A stretch of DNA of 63,370 bases, the filler included, from a bacterium (GTDB lineage: Bacteria; JACRDZ01; JAQUKH01), in the NCBI GenBank assembly GCA_028719205.1. It is 5 parts of 4 records of this genome, joined end to end, with 100 filler letters (N's around TTAATTAATTAA, not from the genome) between each part and the next. Parts side by side here need not be neighbours in the genome. Positions count along the whole stretch, not along the records: positions 43,781 to 63,370 come from JAQUKH010000038.1; 4 more parts are not named here. The stretch is one strand, 5' to 3'. The notes beneath the pieces are model-generated. The model searched no databases, was not told the DNA's origin, and saw only the letters and a program-made list of their open reading frames with translations. This document shows positions 44,896 through 55,357 of this stretch, one piece after another (position 1 is the stretch's first letter; each line of letters begins with the position of its first letter). A program made the translations under genes and the position numbers.

Positions 44896-46206
44896 ATGGA
44901 ACGGTTTGAGGAGAGGTTACTGGGAGCAAAAAGAGTTTCAGTTTGGGGTGTAGGGTATTTAGGCTATACGAAACTTTTGAGGCTTCAGTCTAGGGGATTT
45001 AGCGCCTTTGTATTTGATTTTACCAACATCGGGCTCAAGGAAAAGCTAAGGAAAAGTGAATATCCGAGTAAGGAACAGGTTTATAGTTGGTCAATACATG
45101 GGAATGCGCTTGCGCTTGATTATTCCAAGATAAGATTATTGGAAAAGCCCTCTGGAATGTTTGATAATAACATCCATATACTTGCTTTTCCGGCTATTGA
45201 TAGAGAAGATCATAATTATCTTAAGCAGATGGCAAGAATCTTTATTAAAAATAAAAAGAGGCTGGAAGGTTCGCTTGTGATTTTTCAATCAGCGGGTATG
45301 CCTGGAATGTGTGACAGGGACTTCATCTTACCGCTTAAGAAAAGCGGGTGCCGTTGTAATTTTGTTTGCGCCTTTCGCAGCGATTGGCATGTAGAAGAAT
45401 TTTTGAAGCCGGAAAGGCAAAGGGTTATTGCCGCGGACTCCAAAGATTCTCTGGGCAAGGCCTCTTTCTTTTATAACGCGCTGGGTTCTAAAATTAAGGC
45501 GCTGCCTACCATAAAGATAGCCGAGCTTTATGAGAACGCCAAGAATGCTTTACAGTATGTCAACACCATGTTTATTAACCAGCTTGCGTTCGCGTACGCG
45601 GATACCAATATACGACAGATGATAAAGTACCTTTTAGAGGATGTAGAGCTTAACAAATCGCGCCTAAGCGTGGGGGCGGGAGGCTGTAAAATCCCTCTTT
45701 CAGTTGAAAATATCCTGCAGGGAAGCAAAAGCCCGCGCTTTCTTTCTTTGATAAAAGAATCCCAAGACTCTAATATGAGCATGATTTTTATGTATGCCGA
45801 AAAGATTAAGCAGATAGGGTGTAAGTCTGTTACCCTTATGGGGATTTCGGTCCGCGGAAACCAAAAGGATACTGATTTATCACCCTCGGTAGTAATCGCC
45901 GAGTATCTGAATAACCTGGGGATTAAAGTTTATATAGATGACCCTCTTTACGACAAAGCCGCAATAACCAGACTGCTTCCTGCCTGCAAAAGAGTTGATA
46001 TCTTGAAAGATGGCTTAAAGAGCGAGGCATTGTTACTCATGACTGACCACGATAAATATAAGTACTTCTCTCAGCAGGATATCAATTCCCTCGGCATACG
46101 GGATGCGCGTATTATTATTGACAATGTGGGTATTTTTAAGGATTTTTCATTTTCCAGCCGGACGAAGTACCATCTGGTTGGAGATGGGAGTTTAGGGAGT
46201 TTTTAA
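44896..46206 (+). CDS. Divergent nucleotide-sugar dehydrogenase family protein
   Basis: WGVGYLG Rossmann motif; MGISVRGNQKD...SPS; TDH..Y, IIDN. Catalytic motifs are altered. Confidence 0.7.
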   Translation: MERFEERLLGAKRVSVWGVGYLGYTKLLRLQSRGFSAFVFDFTNIGLKEKLRKSEYPSKEQVYSWSIHGNALALDYSKIRLLEKPSGMFDNNIHILAFPAIDREDHNYLKQMARIFIKNKKRLEGSLVIFQSAGMPGMCDRDFILPLKKSGCRCNFVCAFRSDWHVEEFLKPERQRVIAADSKDSLGKASFFYNALGSKIKALPTIKIAELYENAKNALQYVNTMFINQLAFAYADTNIRQMIKYLLEDVELNKSRLSVGAGGCKIPLSVENILQGSKSPRFLSLIKESQDSNMSMIFMYAEKIKQIGCKSVTLMGISVRGNQKDTDLSPSVVIAEYLNNLGIKVYIDDPLYDKAAITRLLPACKRVDILKDGLKSEALLLMTDHDKYKYFSQQDINSLGIRDARIIIDNVGIFKDFSFSSRTKYHLVGDGSLGSF

Positions 46207-46208
46207 AT

Positions 46209-47885
46209 ATGTGCGGAATTGCCGGTATAATAACCAGTAATAAGCAGAGGGAGACTAAGAAAACAGTCTCTGAGATGCTTAGCACTGTTTCTTACCGCGG
46301 CCCTAACCAAAGCGGAATCAAGAAATTCGGTGAGGTTACTCTCGGGATGGCGCGCTTAAGCATTATTGACCATCATAAGCATGTAATCCCGTATGAAGAT
46401 AATTCCTCGGGTTGCGCCATTGTCTATAACGGCGAGATTTATAACCACTCTTCAATCAGGTCGGAGCTGTCTTCTCATTATAAATTCAATACTTCTTCAG
46501 ATGCGGAGACCGCCCTGTATAATTATATAGAAAAAGGCGAAAGATCATTCGGTGACTATAACGGTATGTATGCCTTTGCTGTTTATGACCCCCGCACAAA
46601 AACTACATACGTGGTAAGAGACAAGGCGGGAGAAAAACCGCTTTATTATACTTACGGAAAAGACTTTTTTGCTTTCGCCAGTGAAATGAAGTGCCTCTTA
46701 AAATTCGTAAAGCTGCAATTTAACAAAGACGCCATTTCGTACAAGGCATATGAGTTTACTGTCGGCAAGGAGACTCTTTTTAAAGACATATATTCCCTTG
46801 GCCCGGGTGAATTTATAAAGATAAAAGATGGAAAATTCACTATCCATGAATATTGGAAGGTCTGGGATAACCTGATAGAAATAAAAGACGATGAAAAGAA
46901 GATTGTCCGGGATTTGGCGGAACTTGTTGAAGACGCGATAATGCTTCGCACAAAGAACTGTGTCCATAAATATGGATGTTTTATCAGCGGCGGGGTAGAC
47001 AGCTCTTTAATCGCCTGTATCGCCAAACCGGATTTTATTTATACCGCCCACTATGACTACGCTGATTTTGATGAGCTGCAATATGCCAGGCTTGTCGCTA
47101 AAAAGATTAAGCGCGAGCTGGTAATTGTAAAGCCCAACAAGGAAGATTTTCTGCGCACAAGAGAAAAAATAGCTTTTCATCTGGATTCTCCCTGCACCTG
47201 GACGAGTTTCTCTCTCTGGATGCTCTTGGAGCGCGCATGCAAGGATTTAAAGGTCGTGCTCTCGGGGGAAGGCGCCGATGAGATATTTTCTGGGTACCAC
47301 CGATATCATTTGCTTTATCATGATGAACAGATCCACGGTTTGGAAGCAATGCGCAACTATAAATACCTTATTGACAGGTATTATGGCAGCCCTGTTGAGC
47401 GTTATGTAAAATTAATCAACCGTTGCGAAAATCAGTATGATGAGACAGTGCGGCGGTATCTTATGGATTCGGTGCATCAATTCTTTGAGAAAATCGAAGG
47501 AGACGTTGTGCATTCAATGGGGCTTAATGATTTTTATACTACTATGCAGGTTCTTTTGCAGATGGCGGATAGGCTTTGTATGGCATTCAGCATAGAGAAC
47601 CGCTCTCCTTACCTGGATTACAGGCTTATTCAATATGGTTTTTCCATGCCTTCAAAGTATAAAATCAACCATGGGATTACCAAATGGGTATTAAAAGAAG
47701 TGGCAAAGAAATATATACCTAAAGAAATAATTCAGCGGATAGACAAAAGGGGTTTTTCTGCCCCCGTGAACAGGTGGTTTGAGTGGGATAAACAGGGAAA
47801 GTATGACCGCACTGCCTATCGGAATCTGGTCCTGCAAGACTGGAAAAATGTGTTTGGCGTAAATGGGGATGGCGCATATGTTTGA
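46209..47885 (+). CDS. asnB: Asparagine synthase-like amidotransferase (copy 1)
   Basis: MCGIAG, RGP, RLSIID, YNGEIYN, SGGVDSS, SGEGADE.F.GY, ENRSPYLD. Confidence 0.9.
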   Translation: MCGIAGIITSNKQRETKKTVSEMLSTVSYRGPNQSGIKKFGEVTLGMARLSIIDHHKHVIPYEDNSSGCAIVYNGEIYNHSSIRSELSSHYKFNTSSDAETALYNYIEKGERSFGDYNGMYAFAVYDPRTKTTYVVRDKAGEKPLYYTYGKDFFAFASEMKCLLKFVKLQFNKDAISYKAYEFTVGKETLFKDIYSLGPGEFIKIKDGKFTIHEYWKVWDNLIEIKDDEKKIVRDLAELVEDAIMLRTKNCVHKYGCFISGGVDSSLIACIAKPDFIYTAHYDYADFDELQYARLVAKKIKRELVIVKPNKEDFLRTREKIAFHLDSPCTWTSFSLWMLLERACKDLKVVLSGEGADEIFSGYHRYHLLYHDEQIHGLEAMRNYKYLIDRYYGSPVERYVKLINRCENQYDETVRRYLMDSVHQFFEKIEGDVVHSMGLNDFYTTMQVLLQMADRLCMAFSIENRSPYLDYRLIQYGFSMPSKYKINHGITKWVLKEVAKKYIPKEIIQRIDKRGFSAPVNRWFEWDKQGKYDRTAYRNLVLQDWKNVFGVNGDGAYV

Positions 47886-48507
47886 TTTTCTGGCGTTGAT
47901 TACGGCAAAGCGTTATTGGTATTTCCATAGCTTCATTATTAAGATTATCCTGTTGATATATGGTATACGCGTTGGTAATAATTTTTATATAGAAGGAGTG
48001 CCTCGTCTTAAAATCCGCGGCAGGGCGGCTGATATTCAAATAGGAAACAATGTAAGGATCTTTGGCGGTATAGACATACGTAACAGGGAGAGCGGAGGTA
48101 TTATTTTCGAGGACAATGTCTCTATAGATAATGACTGCCGTTTTGTCGCAGCTAATAAAGCAATATTAAAGATAGGCGAGGGAACTTCTATCGGTCCATT
48201 CTGTGTTCTTAACTGTGGGGTGAGCGTAACGATTGGTAAAAACTGTTTGATTTCTGGCATGGTTTATATACAGTCTTCGCAACATGGCATTGCAGATGGC
48301 GAGCTTATCAAGAATCAAAAACATACTTATGGTGAAATTATTATCGGAAATGATGTATGGATAGCTGCTAATGCTTCTGTTTTAAAAGGAGCTATTCTTA
48401 AGGATGGCTGTGTCGTAGGGGCAAAAGCCCTTGTTAGAGAAGGCCGCTACGAAAAAAATTCAATTCTTGCCGGTATTCCTGCTACAAAGAAAAAGGAGAG
48501 GATTTAA
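47878..48507 (+). CDS. Hexapeptide-repeat acyltransferase
   Basis: IGNNVRI, IGEGTSIG, IGNDVWIAAN, GCVVGA, AGIPA. Confidence 0.9.
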   Translation: MFDFLALITAKRYWYFHSFIIKIILLIYGIRVGNNFYIEGVPRLKIRGRAADIQIGNNVRIFGGIDIRNRESGGIIFEDNVSIDNDCRFVAANKAILKIGEGTSIGPFCVLNCGVSVTIGKNCLISGMVYIQSSQHGIADGELIKNQKHTYGEIIIGNDVWIAANASVLKGAILKDGCVVGAKALVREGRYEKNSILAGIPATKKKERI

Positions 48508-49626
48508 ATGGAATATTGTAAACGTTGTGTTCAACCTGATACTAGACCGGGCATTATTTTAAATTATGAGGGAGTATGCAGCGCTTGTGTAGGGCATGAG
48601 GAGAAAACGAAAAGAATAGACTGGAAAGCGCGCAGGCGAGAACTTGAATTAATATTAAATAAATTTAAAGCAAAAGGGGATACCGGCTACGATTGCATTA
48701 TACCTGTTAGCGGCGGTAAAGACAGCACTTATCAGGTTTACATGATGACGCAAGTATTCAAAATGCGCCCGCTCGCCGTAACATACAGATATGCCGATAG
48801 AACGCCCTTGGGCCAAAAAAATCTCGACAACTTGAGAAAATTAGGAGTAGATCATATTGATATAGCGCCAAAACCTGAAGTAGAAAGAAAATTTATCAGA
48901 AAAGCATTTATTGAAGCTGGGGATCCATGTTTGCCCGACCACCTCGGGATTTTTTCCGTCACCCTAAGGACCGCGGTCAATTATAAGATTCCGTTAATTA
49001 TGTGGGGTGAAAATCCGCAGCTTGAATACGGCGGTAAAGACGAAGAACGCAACAATCCATATCTGGACAGAAAATGGCTTTCTTCACATGGCTGCCTCCA
49101 AGGTAAATTAGCCGAAGATTGGGTGGATAAGGATTTAAGCCTGAAAGACCTTTTTATATACACAATACCTTCTGACGAGGAATTAGCCAGCGCTAGAATA
49201 CAATCTATTTTCTTAGGATATTATTTGCAATGGGATCCTCTTCAAAATTACGAAATAGCCAAAAAGGTGGGGTTTGAAGAATCTCCCGATGGGCCAAAGA
49301 TGGGGCTTTATGACTTTGCGGACCTGGATTCAACAAATATAATTATACATCACTATATTAAATTGCATAAGTTTGGCATTACCCGATTACATGACAATAT
49401 CAGCGTTGAAATCCGCAGCGGTAGGATGACTAGGGAAGAAGGCGTTGAGATTTTAAAATCAAAAGAAGAGCGGGTGCCAACATATGAAATTCAACAATTC
49501 TGCGATTACCTGAACATAAAAGAATCCGAATTCTGGGAACAATTAGAAAAATTCAGAAATAAAGATATCTGGAAGAAGGACACCGATAGCAATTGGTATA
49601 TGCCTAATTATTTAAAAGGACTATAA
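48508..49626 (+). CDS. N-acetyl sugar amidotransferase (WbuX/PseA-like)
   Basis: CKRC..PDTRPGI...GVCSAC, YDCIIPVSGGKDS, WGEN...EYGG, IRSGRMTREE. Confidence 0.9.
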   Translation: MEYCKRCVQPDTRPGIILNYEGVCSACVGHEEKTKRIDWKARRRELELILNKFKAKGDTGYDCIIPVSGGKDSTYQVYMMTQVFKMRPLAVTYRYADRTPLGQKNLDNLRKLGVDHIDIAPKPEVERKFIRKAFIEAGDPCLPDHLGIFSVTLRTAVNYKIPLIMWGENPQLEYGGKDEERNNPYLDRKWLSSHGCLQGKLAEDWVDKDLSLKDLFIYTIPSDEELASARIQSIFLGYYLQWDPLQNYEIAKKVGFEESPDGPKMGLYDFADLDSTNIIIHHYIKLHKFGITRLHDNISVEIRSGRMTREEGVEILKSKEERVPTYEIQQFCDYLNIKESEFWEQLEKFRNKDIWKKDTDSNWYMPNYLKGL

Positions 49627-49627
49627 A

Positions 49628-49972
49628 ATGAAAACGAAATTTAGAAATAAGCCAAGAATATTTATGGTTAAAGGTACAAAACTGAAAGATTTCGGTAAAA
49701 TTTATTTGGATAACAACGAAATGATAAGCTTTATTACTAAGAGCGGACGGGAATGCGACTTTATGGCTAAAAATTGGGGATATTATCTTAGTCCTTCACT
49801 TAATAGCAGATTAAAAAAGCAAGGATTTAAAGCAGCTCTTGTCGTTAATGAAACTAACCAAATATATGTAAATGTGGTCGAAAAGAATAAAATTTCCGAA
49901 TTTAAAAAATATTTAAATACTCATCAGGCCAGTAAAATTATTTGCTGGTTAGATGAATGGTTTAAGGATTAA
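49628..49972 (+). CDS. Hypothetical protein in the glycan locus
   Basis: 114-aa ORF tightly packed in the operon; KNWGYY..PSLN.RL. Confidence 0.7.
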   Translation: MKTKFRNKPRIFMVKGTKLKDFGKIYLDNNEMISFITKSGRECDFMAKNWGYYLSPSLNSRLKKQGFKAALVVNETNQIYVNVVEKNKISEFKKYLNTHQASKIICWLDEWFKD

Positions 49973-49973
49973 C

Positions 49974-51863
49974 ATGTGCGGAATAGCAGGCTTTATTGGG
50001 ACAACGAAACCAAATTTTAGCACAGATGCGGTTATCCAGGATATGACAAACAGTCTTATTCATAGAGGCCCTGATGATTCCGGGCGTATTAATTTGTCTT
50101 ATGGCGATCGGCAAGAGCAGGGTCACATTGTATTCGGGCACAGAAGGTTAAAAATTATTGATTTAAGTGAAGGCGGCCATCAGCCAATGTTTAACAAGGC
50201 CAAAACACTATGCATTACTTACAACGGGGAGATTTATAATTACTTAGAGCTTAAGAATGAATTAACAAAAATGGGATGTATATTTACCTCCTCTAGCGAT
50301 ACAGAGGTTGTCCTAACTGCTTACCAAATTTGGGGCACAGATTGTTTTAAAAAATTCAATGGAATGTGGGCAATGGCTATTTTCGATAAAAATAAAAGGA
50401 AATTAATAATATCCAGAGACCGTTTTGGTAAAAAACCGCTCTATTTTTATAAAACAGCGACAGATTTTATCTTTGCTTCAGAAATAAAAGCGCTGTTAAA
50501 ACATCCGTCTGTCAAAAAAGCGCCAAACTATGAAAAGATTTTTAGATATCTTGCGTATCATTATCGGTACGGAGATATAGATGAAACTTCATTTTTCGAG
50601 AATATTTATCAGGTGCCTAAAAGTAGCTACATTGAATTAGATGAATTTTTAAATACAAAAACCACTCAATACTGGGGGCTAAATCCTGGATTTATTCAAA
50701 CTGAATTATCGGATAATGATGCTATTGAAAAATTCAGAGAAATATTTATCGATTCTGTAAGATTGCGCCTGAGAAGTGACGTACCGGTTGGGTGCATGCT
50801 AAGCGGAGGCATGGATTCTACTTCCATAACATGCGTTGCATATAAAATTCTTAAAAAACCAATTATAACTTTTTCCGGAATAACAGGAGACGTAAAAGGC
50901 ATTTATGATGAAAGTGAATACATTGATAGCGTCATAAAAGAAACTCGCGCAAATTATCACTACATAAAACCAGATCCCGCAGATCTTTTTGATACGGTTA
51001 ATGAATTGCTTAAGTTCCACGATGAACCGGTCTGTACTGTCACCTGGAACAATCTCTACCTAATAGCAAAAAAAGTTAAGCTTGAACATACGCCAGTCAT
51101 ATTAAACGGCCATGCAGGCGATGAGTTGCTTGCCGGATATTGGGATCATTATCACTATAACTTTTATGATCTTTTTGAAGAAGGGAACATAGACAGCCTG
51201 TTTTATGAGATAGAGATGTGGAAAAAGAACCATTCACGGAAACCTGATGAGATAGGGCGCGCCATAAGATTTATCGCCTCAATGAAAAAAGACAGAAAAC
51301 TGGAGATGGAAAAGTTTCCGGAATATTTACGCCTATTTAACAATGATATAGCAAAAAAATTTAAGAAAAGCATAACGCTAAATTCTGAATTTTCCGGAGA
51401 ACTGCCTAGAAGGCTTAGCATCGAATTAATGCAAGACGGAGTGCCCACTACATTAAGGCCGGAAGATCGAAATACCATGTCCCAATCCATTGAATCACGT
51501 TCGCCATTTTTAGATTACCGCCTTGTTGAATTTTGTTTTTCGCTTCCAAACAAATTTAAAATAAGGGATGGCATTGGGAAATGGGTACTTCGTCAAGCCA
51601 TGAAAAACATACTGCCTGAAAATGTGAGAACCAGGAAAGATAAAGCCGGATTTATTGCGCCTGCCGACATTTGGTTCAGGACCATAAACAAAGACCAAAT
51701 TTATACCTTGATAAATTCTGATTCTTTTAAATCAAGAAATTTATTTAATATAAAAGAGATGAATAATATGTTTGATGAACACATGAATGGTACTAAAAAT
51801 CATCAAATGATCTTGTGGCAAGTCATCAATCTTGAGTTATGGTTCAGGAGATTCTTTGAATGA
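49974..51863 (+). CDS. asnB: Asparagine synthase-like amidotransferase (copy 2)
   Basis: MCGIAG, HRGPD, HRRLKIIDLS..GHQPM, LSGGMDS, ESRSPFLDYR. Confidence 0.92.
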   Translation: MCGIAGFIGTTKPNFSTDAVIQDMTNSLIHRGPDDSGRINLSYGDRQEQGHIVFGHRRLKIIDLSEGGHQPMFNKAKTLCITYNGEIYNYLELKNELTKMGCIFTSSSDTEVVLTAYQIWGTDCFKKFNGMWAMAIFDKNKRKLIISRDRFGKKPLYFYKTATDFIFASEIKALLKHPSVKKAPNYEKIFRYLAYHYRYGDIDETSFFENIYQVPKSSYIELDEFLNTKTTQYWGLNPGFIQTELSDNDAIEKFREIFIDSVRLRLRSDVPVGCMLSGGMDSTSITCVAYKILKKPIITFSGITGDVKGIYDESEYIDSVIKETRANYHYIKPDPADLFDTVNELLKFHDEPVCTVTWNNLYLIAKKVKLEHTPVILNGHAGDELLAGYWDHYHYNFYDLFEEGNIDSLFYEIEMWKKNHSRKPDEIGRAIRFIASMKKDRKLEMEKFPEYLRLFNNDIAKKFKKSITLNSEFSGELPRRLSIELMQDGVPTTLRPEDRNTMSQSIESRSPFLDYRLVEFCFSLPNKFKIRDGIGKWVLRQAMKNILPENVRTRKDKAGFIAPADIWFRTINKDQIYTLINSDSFKSRNLFNIKEMNNMFDEHMNGTKNHQMILWQVINLELWFRRFFE

Positions 51864-52933
51864 AAAAAAATAAAGTTTACATTATTGCAGAAATAGGGAT
51901 AAACCATAACGACAAATTAGAGAACTGCTACAAAATGATAGATGTTGCATCAGACTCAGGCTGCGACGCGGTAAAGCTTCAATTTTTCAAAGCAAAAAAT
52001 TTATATCCAAAAAGCGCTGGCAGGCTGAACTGGAAAGATCAAAATAAGCATTATTCCTACGATATCTATAAAGCGGTAGAGAAATTCGAACTTCCTGAAA
52101 ATTGGATAGGCAAAATTATAAAATATTGTTCAGCAAGAGATATTGATCTTATTTCGTCTGTTTTTGATATAGAGAGCGCGCGAACGCTGAAAAAAAACGG
52201 ATTTAAAAAAATAAAAATATCTTCCTATACCCTGACAAACATTCCATTAATTGAGTATTGCGCCAAAACAGGCCAACACCTTATTTTATCTACAGGAGGA
52301 GCAACCCTTTCCGAAATAGACGAAGCAGTCCAAGCGATTACAAAATATCATAAAAATTTCTCTATTTTGCATTGTTCCATACAATACCCTGTAGCGCTTA
52401 AAGATTGCAATTTGGGAATCATAGAAACCTTCAAGCTTGCGTTCCCGGAAATCGCCATAGGCTATTCAGACCATACGAAAGAAATTTCCTATGCTGCGAT
52501 TCAGACGGTATACCTGGGAGGAAAAATTATTGAAAAACATATTACTCTCGACAAGAATATGAAAGGACCGGACCATTTTTTTGCTCTTGAGCCTCAAGAA
52601 TTAAGGCAAATGGTAAAAGATGTTCGACAAGCAGAGAAAGACCGTAAAAGCGGAAATTTTATTATAAATAAACCGATCTACGGCAGTACCGCAAAATTTC
52701 CATATCCCAATGAAGAATACCTAAGGGGCTTTGCTTATATGAAACTCTTCGCGAAACGAGGTATTCACAAAGACGAAATCATACGACCTCGGGATATTTC
52801 AATATTAAGGCCTGGTGTAAATAAAAACTACGGTTTAGAGCCGAAATACCTGAAATTGTTTCAAAATTACAAAATTAAAGCAAAAAAGAATATATCTTTT
52901 GAAGATCCCATTACCTGGGATTCAATCTTATGA
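51860..52933 (+). CDS. Nonulosonic acid synthase (NeuB/PseI family) with SAF domain
   Basis: IIAEIGINHN, DAVKLQ, LSTG, LHC...YP, GYSDHT, IEKHITLD..M.GPDH, RPG. Confidence 0.92.
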   Translation: MKKNKVYIIAEIGINHNDKLENCYKMIDVASDSGCDAVKLQFFKAKNLYPKSAGRLNWKDQNKHYSYDIYKAVEKFELPENWIGKIIKYCSARDIDLISSVFDIESARTLKKNGFKKIKISSYTLTNIPLIEYCAKTGQHLILSTGGATLSEIDEAVQAITKYHKNFSILHCSIQYPVALKDCNLGIIETFKLAFPEIAIGYSDHTKEISYAAIQTVYLGGKIIEKHITLDKNMKGPDHFFALEPQELRQMVKDVRQAEKDRKSGNFIINKPIYGSTAKFPYPNEEYLRGFAYMKLFAKRGIHKDEIIRPRDISILRPGVNKNYGLEPKYLKLFQNYKIKAKKNISFEDPITWDSIL

Positions 52934-53925
52934 CCAGGAAAATTATGTTCCGAGCCGATGCAAAACCATCCATAGGGGTGGGAGATTTGATGTCATTTAT
53001 AAGCCTCTCGCGGTATTTTGAACACTACGGGTGGGAGTGCCATTTTGCCACAAGAGATTATGATCCTGCTTTAAAAATACTAAATGCATATAAAATCAAG
53101 AAATCAATGTTAATTACACAAAGTTCAGGAATTAAAAATGAGGTTGAAAAAATAAATCATTACCTGGAATTGCATGATATCAATGCTATTTTTATGCAAA
53201 TAAATGAGAATAAACTAAGTAAATATACCGCCATAAAAAATGACATCTTTAAAGCGTGTGTCTATTTTGACTATGACCTGCCTAAAGGTTATGATCTTGT
53301 TTTAAGCTGGGATGTGAATTCCCGGGATTATTTTAAAAAATATCGAAATTCAGAAACTAAATTTTTCGCCGGGCCAGAATATGTAATCCTTCCAGCTAAC
53401 TTTAATATGCCTTCTATAAATAAACGCACTTATAACAGAAAAAGAAGAAAATTGCTTGTGTCAATGGGGGGAGCTGATGAATTTAATTTCACTCTCAAAA
53501 TAGCCAAAAAATTGAACAATCTAAAATGCGGCATGGAAATAACTTTTTTATTGGGCTACGGCTACCCGTACTTAAAAGAATTTAAATCAGCTTTGAAATT
53601 GTCGAACCTAAGATACAAAATCAAGCAGAATTGTAAAAACGTGTTTAACGAATATATGAATCATGATATTGCCATCGGTTCCGGCGGTTTAACAATCTCT
53701 GAATTGGTAGCTTCAAGAACTCCGGCAATTATTACTGCTATGTATGAGCATCAAATAACACGATGTAAATATTTTAACAATCTTGGATTGGTTAAATATC
53801 TAGGATTCAAAAACATTGAGCATTTAGAAAATTCAGATTTGGAAGGATTTTATCCTAGCCGAAATAATCAATTTAGTATAAAAATAAACGATGTAGTTAA
53901 ATATATTAATGAGGCATGTCCATGA
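52930..53925 (+). CDS. PseG/SpsG-like nucleotide-sugar hydrolase
   Basis: FRADA..SIG.GD.M, GPEYVIL, LVSMGGAD, DIAIGSGG.T..EL. Confidence 0.75.
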   Translation: MTRKIMFRADAKPSIGVGDLMSFISLSRYFEHYGWECHFATRDYDPALKILNAYKIKKSMLITQSSGIKNEVEKINHYLELHDINAIFMQINENKLSKYTAIKNDIFKACVYFDYDLPKGYDLVLSWDVNSRDYFKKYRNSETKFFAGPEYVILPANFNMPSINKRTYNRKRRKLLVSMGGADEFNFTLKIAKKLNNLKCGMEITFLLGYGYPYLKEFKSALKLSNLRYKIKQNCKNVFNEYMNHDIAIGSGGLTISELVASRTPAIITAMYEHQITRCKYFNNLGLVKYLGFKNIEHLENSDLEGFYPSRNNQFSIKINDVVKYINEACP

Positions 53926-54779
53926 TTCTTATTACAGGCGCGTCAGGAATAGTTGGCGAAGCAATATATAACAAGTTCGCAGGTTTTTATAGCGTAATTG
54001 GTCTAGCTCACTCAAAAACAAATAAAGTTTTGCTCAATATTGACCTAACGGATGCAGATGCAGTCAAGATTTTTTTTAAGAATCGTAATATTGATACTGT
54101 TATTCATTGTGCGTGTGAGATTCCATCTCGTTCTAAACTACAAGATGCTGAAATATACAAACGAAATTTGTATATGGTGCTAAATATCCTTGAAAATATT
54201 AAAAACAACGTTCGTTTTGTAAATATTGGCGGTACTGTTATATATCAACTTCGGGCTAATGCATCTTTGACTGAAAATGCTGCATTGAGTTGCCAAACAT
54301 TTTATCATTTATCAAAAAAGCACATAGAAGAATTGCTGCACCTTTTTTATAAAGGAACAAAGAATTTGCTGAACGTACGAATATCATCACCTTATTCCTT
54401 AAACAGGGAAAACGACAGCATTTTTTATAAATTCATAATAAATGCCGTGCTTAATAACAAAATACAGCTGTGGGGAAGCGGAAATCGTACCCAGGCTTTT
54501 ACAAACACCGAAACTCTAGCTCTTTCTATGAAAGAATTGCTTGATATGCATATTTCCGGGGATTTTAATTTTGTAACCACTCCTTCTGTTTCAATGCTTG
54601 AATTGGCTAAAAAGATCAAAGAACATAAAAAGGGGCTAAAAATAGAGATGACCGGGAAAGAAGACCCTGAAGATAATTGCCGAACAACTATCGATATCTC
54701 CAAGGTTTCCAAATTTATTACCATAAAAGATACACTATCAAATGACATTAAAAAGATACTTAACAGGTTGAAACCATGA
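53916..54779 (+). CDS. NAD-dependent epimerase/dehydratase (extended SDR)
   Basis: ITGASGIVG, VIHCA, YHLSK, WGSG. Confidence 0.85.
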   Translation: MSMILITGASGIVGEAIYNKFAGFYSVIGLAHSKTNKVLLNIDLTDADAVKIFFKNRNIDTVIHCACEIPSRSKLQDAEIYKRNLYMVLNILENIKNNVRFVNIGGTVIYQLRANASLTENAALSCQTFYHLSKKHIEELLHLFYKGTKNLLNVRISSPYSLNRENDSIFYKFIINAVLNNKIQLWGSGNRTQAFTNTETLALSMKELLDMHISGDFNFVTTPSVSMLELAKKIKEHKKGLKIEMTGKEDPEDNCRTTIDISKVSKFITIKDTLSNDIKKILNRLKP

Positions 54780-55345
54780 AGATAGCTTTATTTTCGGATG
54801 TTCATGCGAATGTGATCTCGTTAAAAAAAGTTGTAAGATTTTTGCGTTTTCAAGGCATTACTGACATATATTGCCTTGGGGATATAATCGGTTACGGAAA
54901 ACATCCCAATGAAGTAATAAGTGTACTTAAGAAAGAGAAAATCAAGGCAATCAAGGGCAATCATGAAAAAATATTTTTAAGCGGGAAATACCTTAAGAAA
55001 TACAATTTAGATCATACAAAAAAAATTATAACAAAAGCATCTTTGGAATATATGCAGAACTTGCCAGAGGCAATCGAATTAAAATCATACAATGCCATAT
55101 TATCACATGCAATCCCGGGTACAAAAGATAGCTACCTTTATGCAAATTCTGATTTTTCAGTTTTTGATGCAATAAAACATAAAATAATATTTCTAGGACA
55201 TAGCCACTATCCTATGCTTATGGCTTATCGCAATAAAAAAATAATCAATCCAGGTTCTGTAGGGCAGCCAAGGGATGGAAATGATAAGCCAAGCTTTCTT
55301 ATCTGCGATTTAAAAAAACAAATTTTTGAATTTTTACGTATTTAA
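54776..55345 (+). CDS. Metallophosphoesterase (calcineurin-like)
   Basis: SDVHAN, LGDIIGYG, GNHE, GHSH, NPGSVGQPRD. Confidence 0.9.
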   Translation: MKIALFSDVHANVISLKKVVRFLRFQGITDIYCLGDIIGYGKHPNEVISVLKKEKIKAIKGNHEKIFLSGKYLKKYNLDHTKKIITKASLEYMQNLPEAIELKSYNAILSHAIPGTKDSYLYANSDFSVFDAIKHKIIFLGHSHYPMLMAYRNKKIINPGSVGQPRDGNDKPSFLICDLKKQIFEFLRI

Positions 55346-55357
55346 GTAAGGAGGCAA

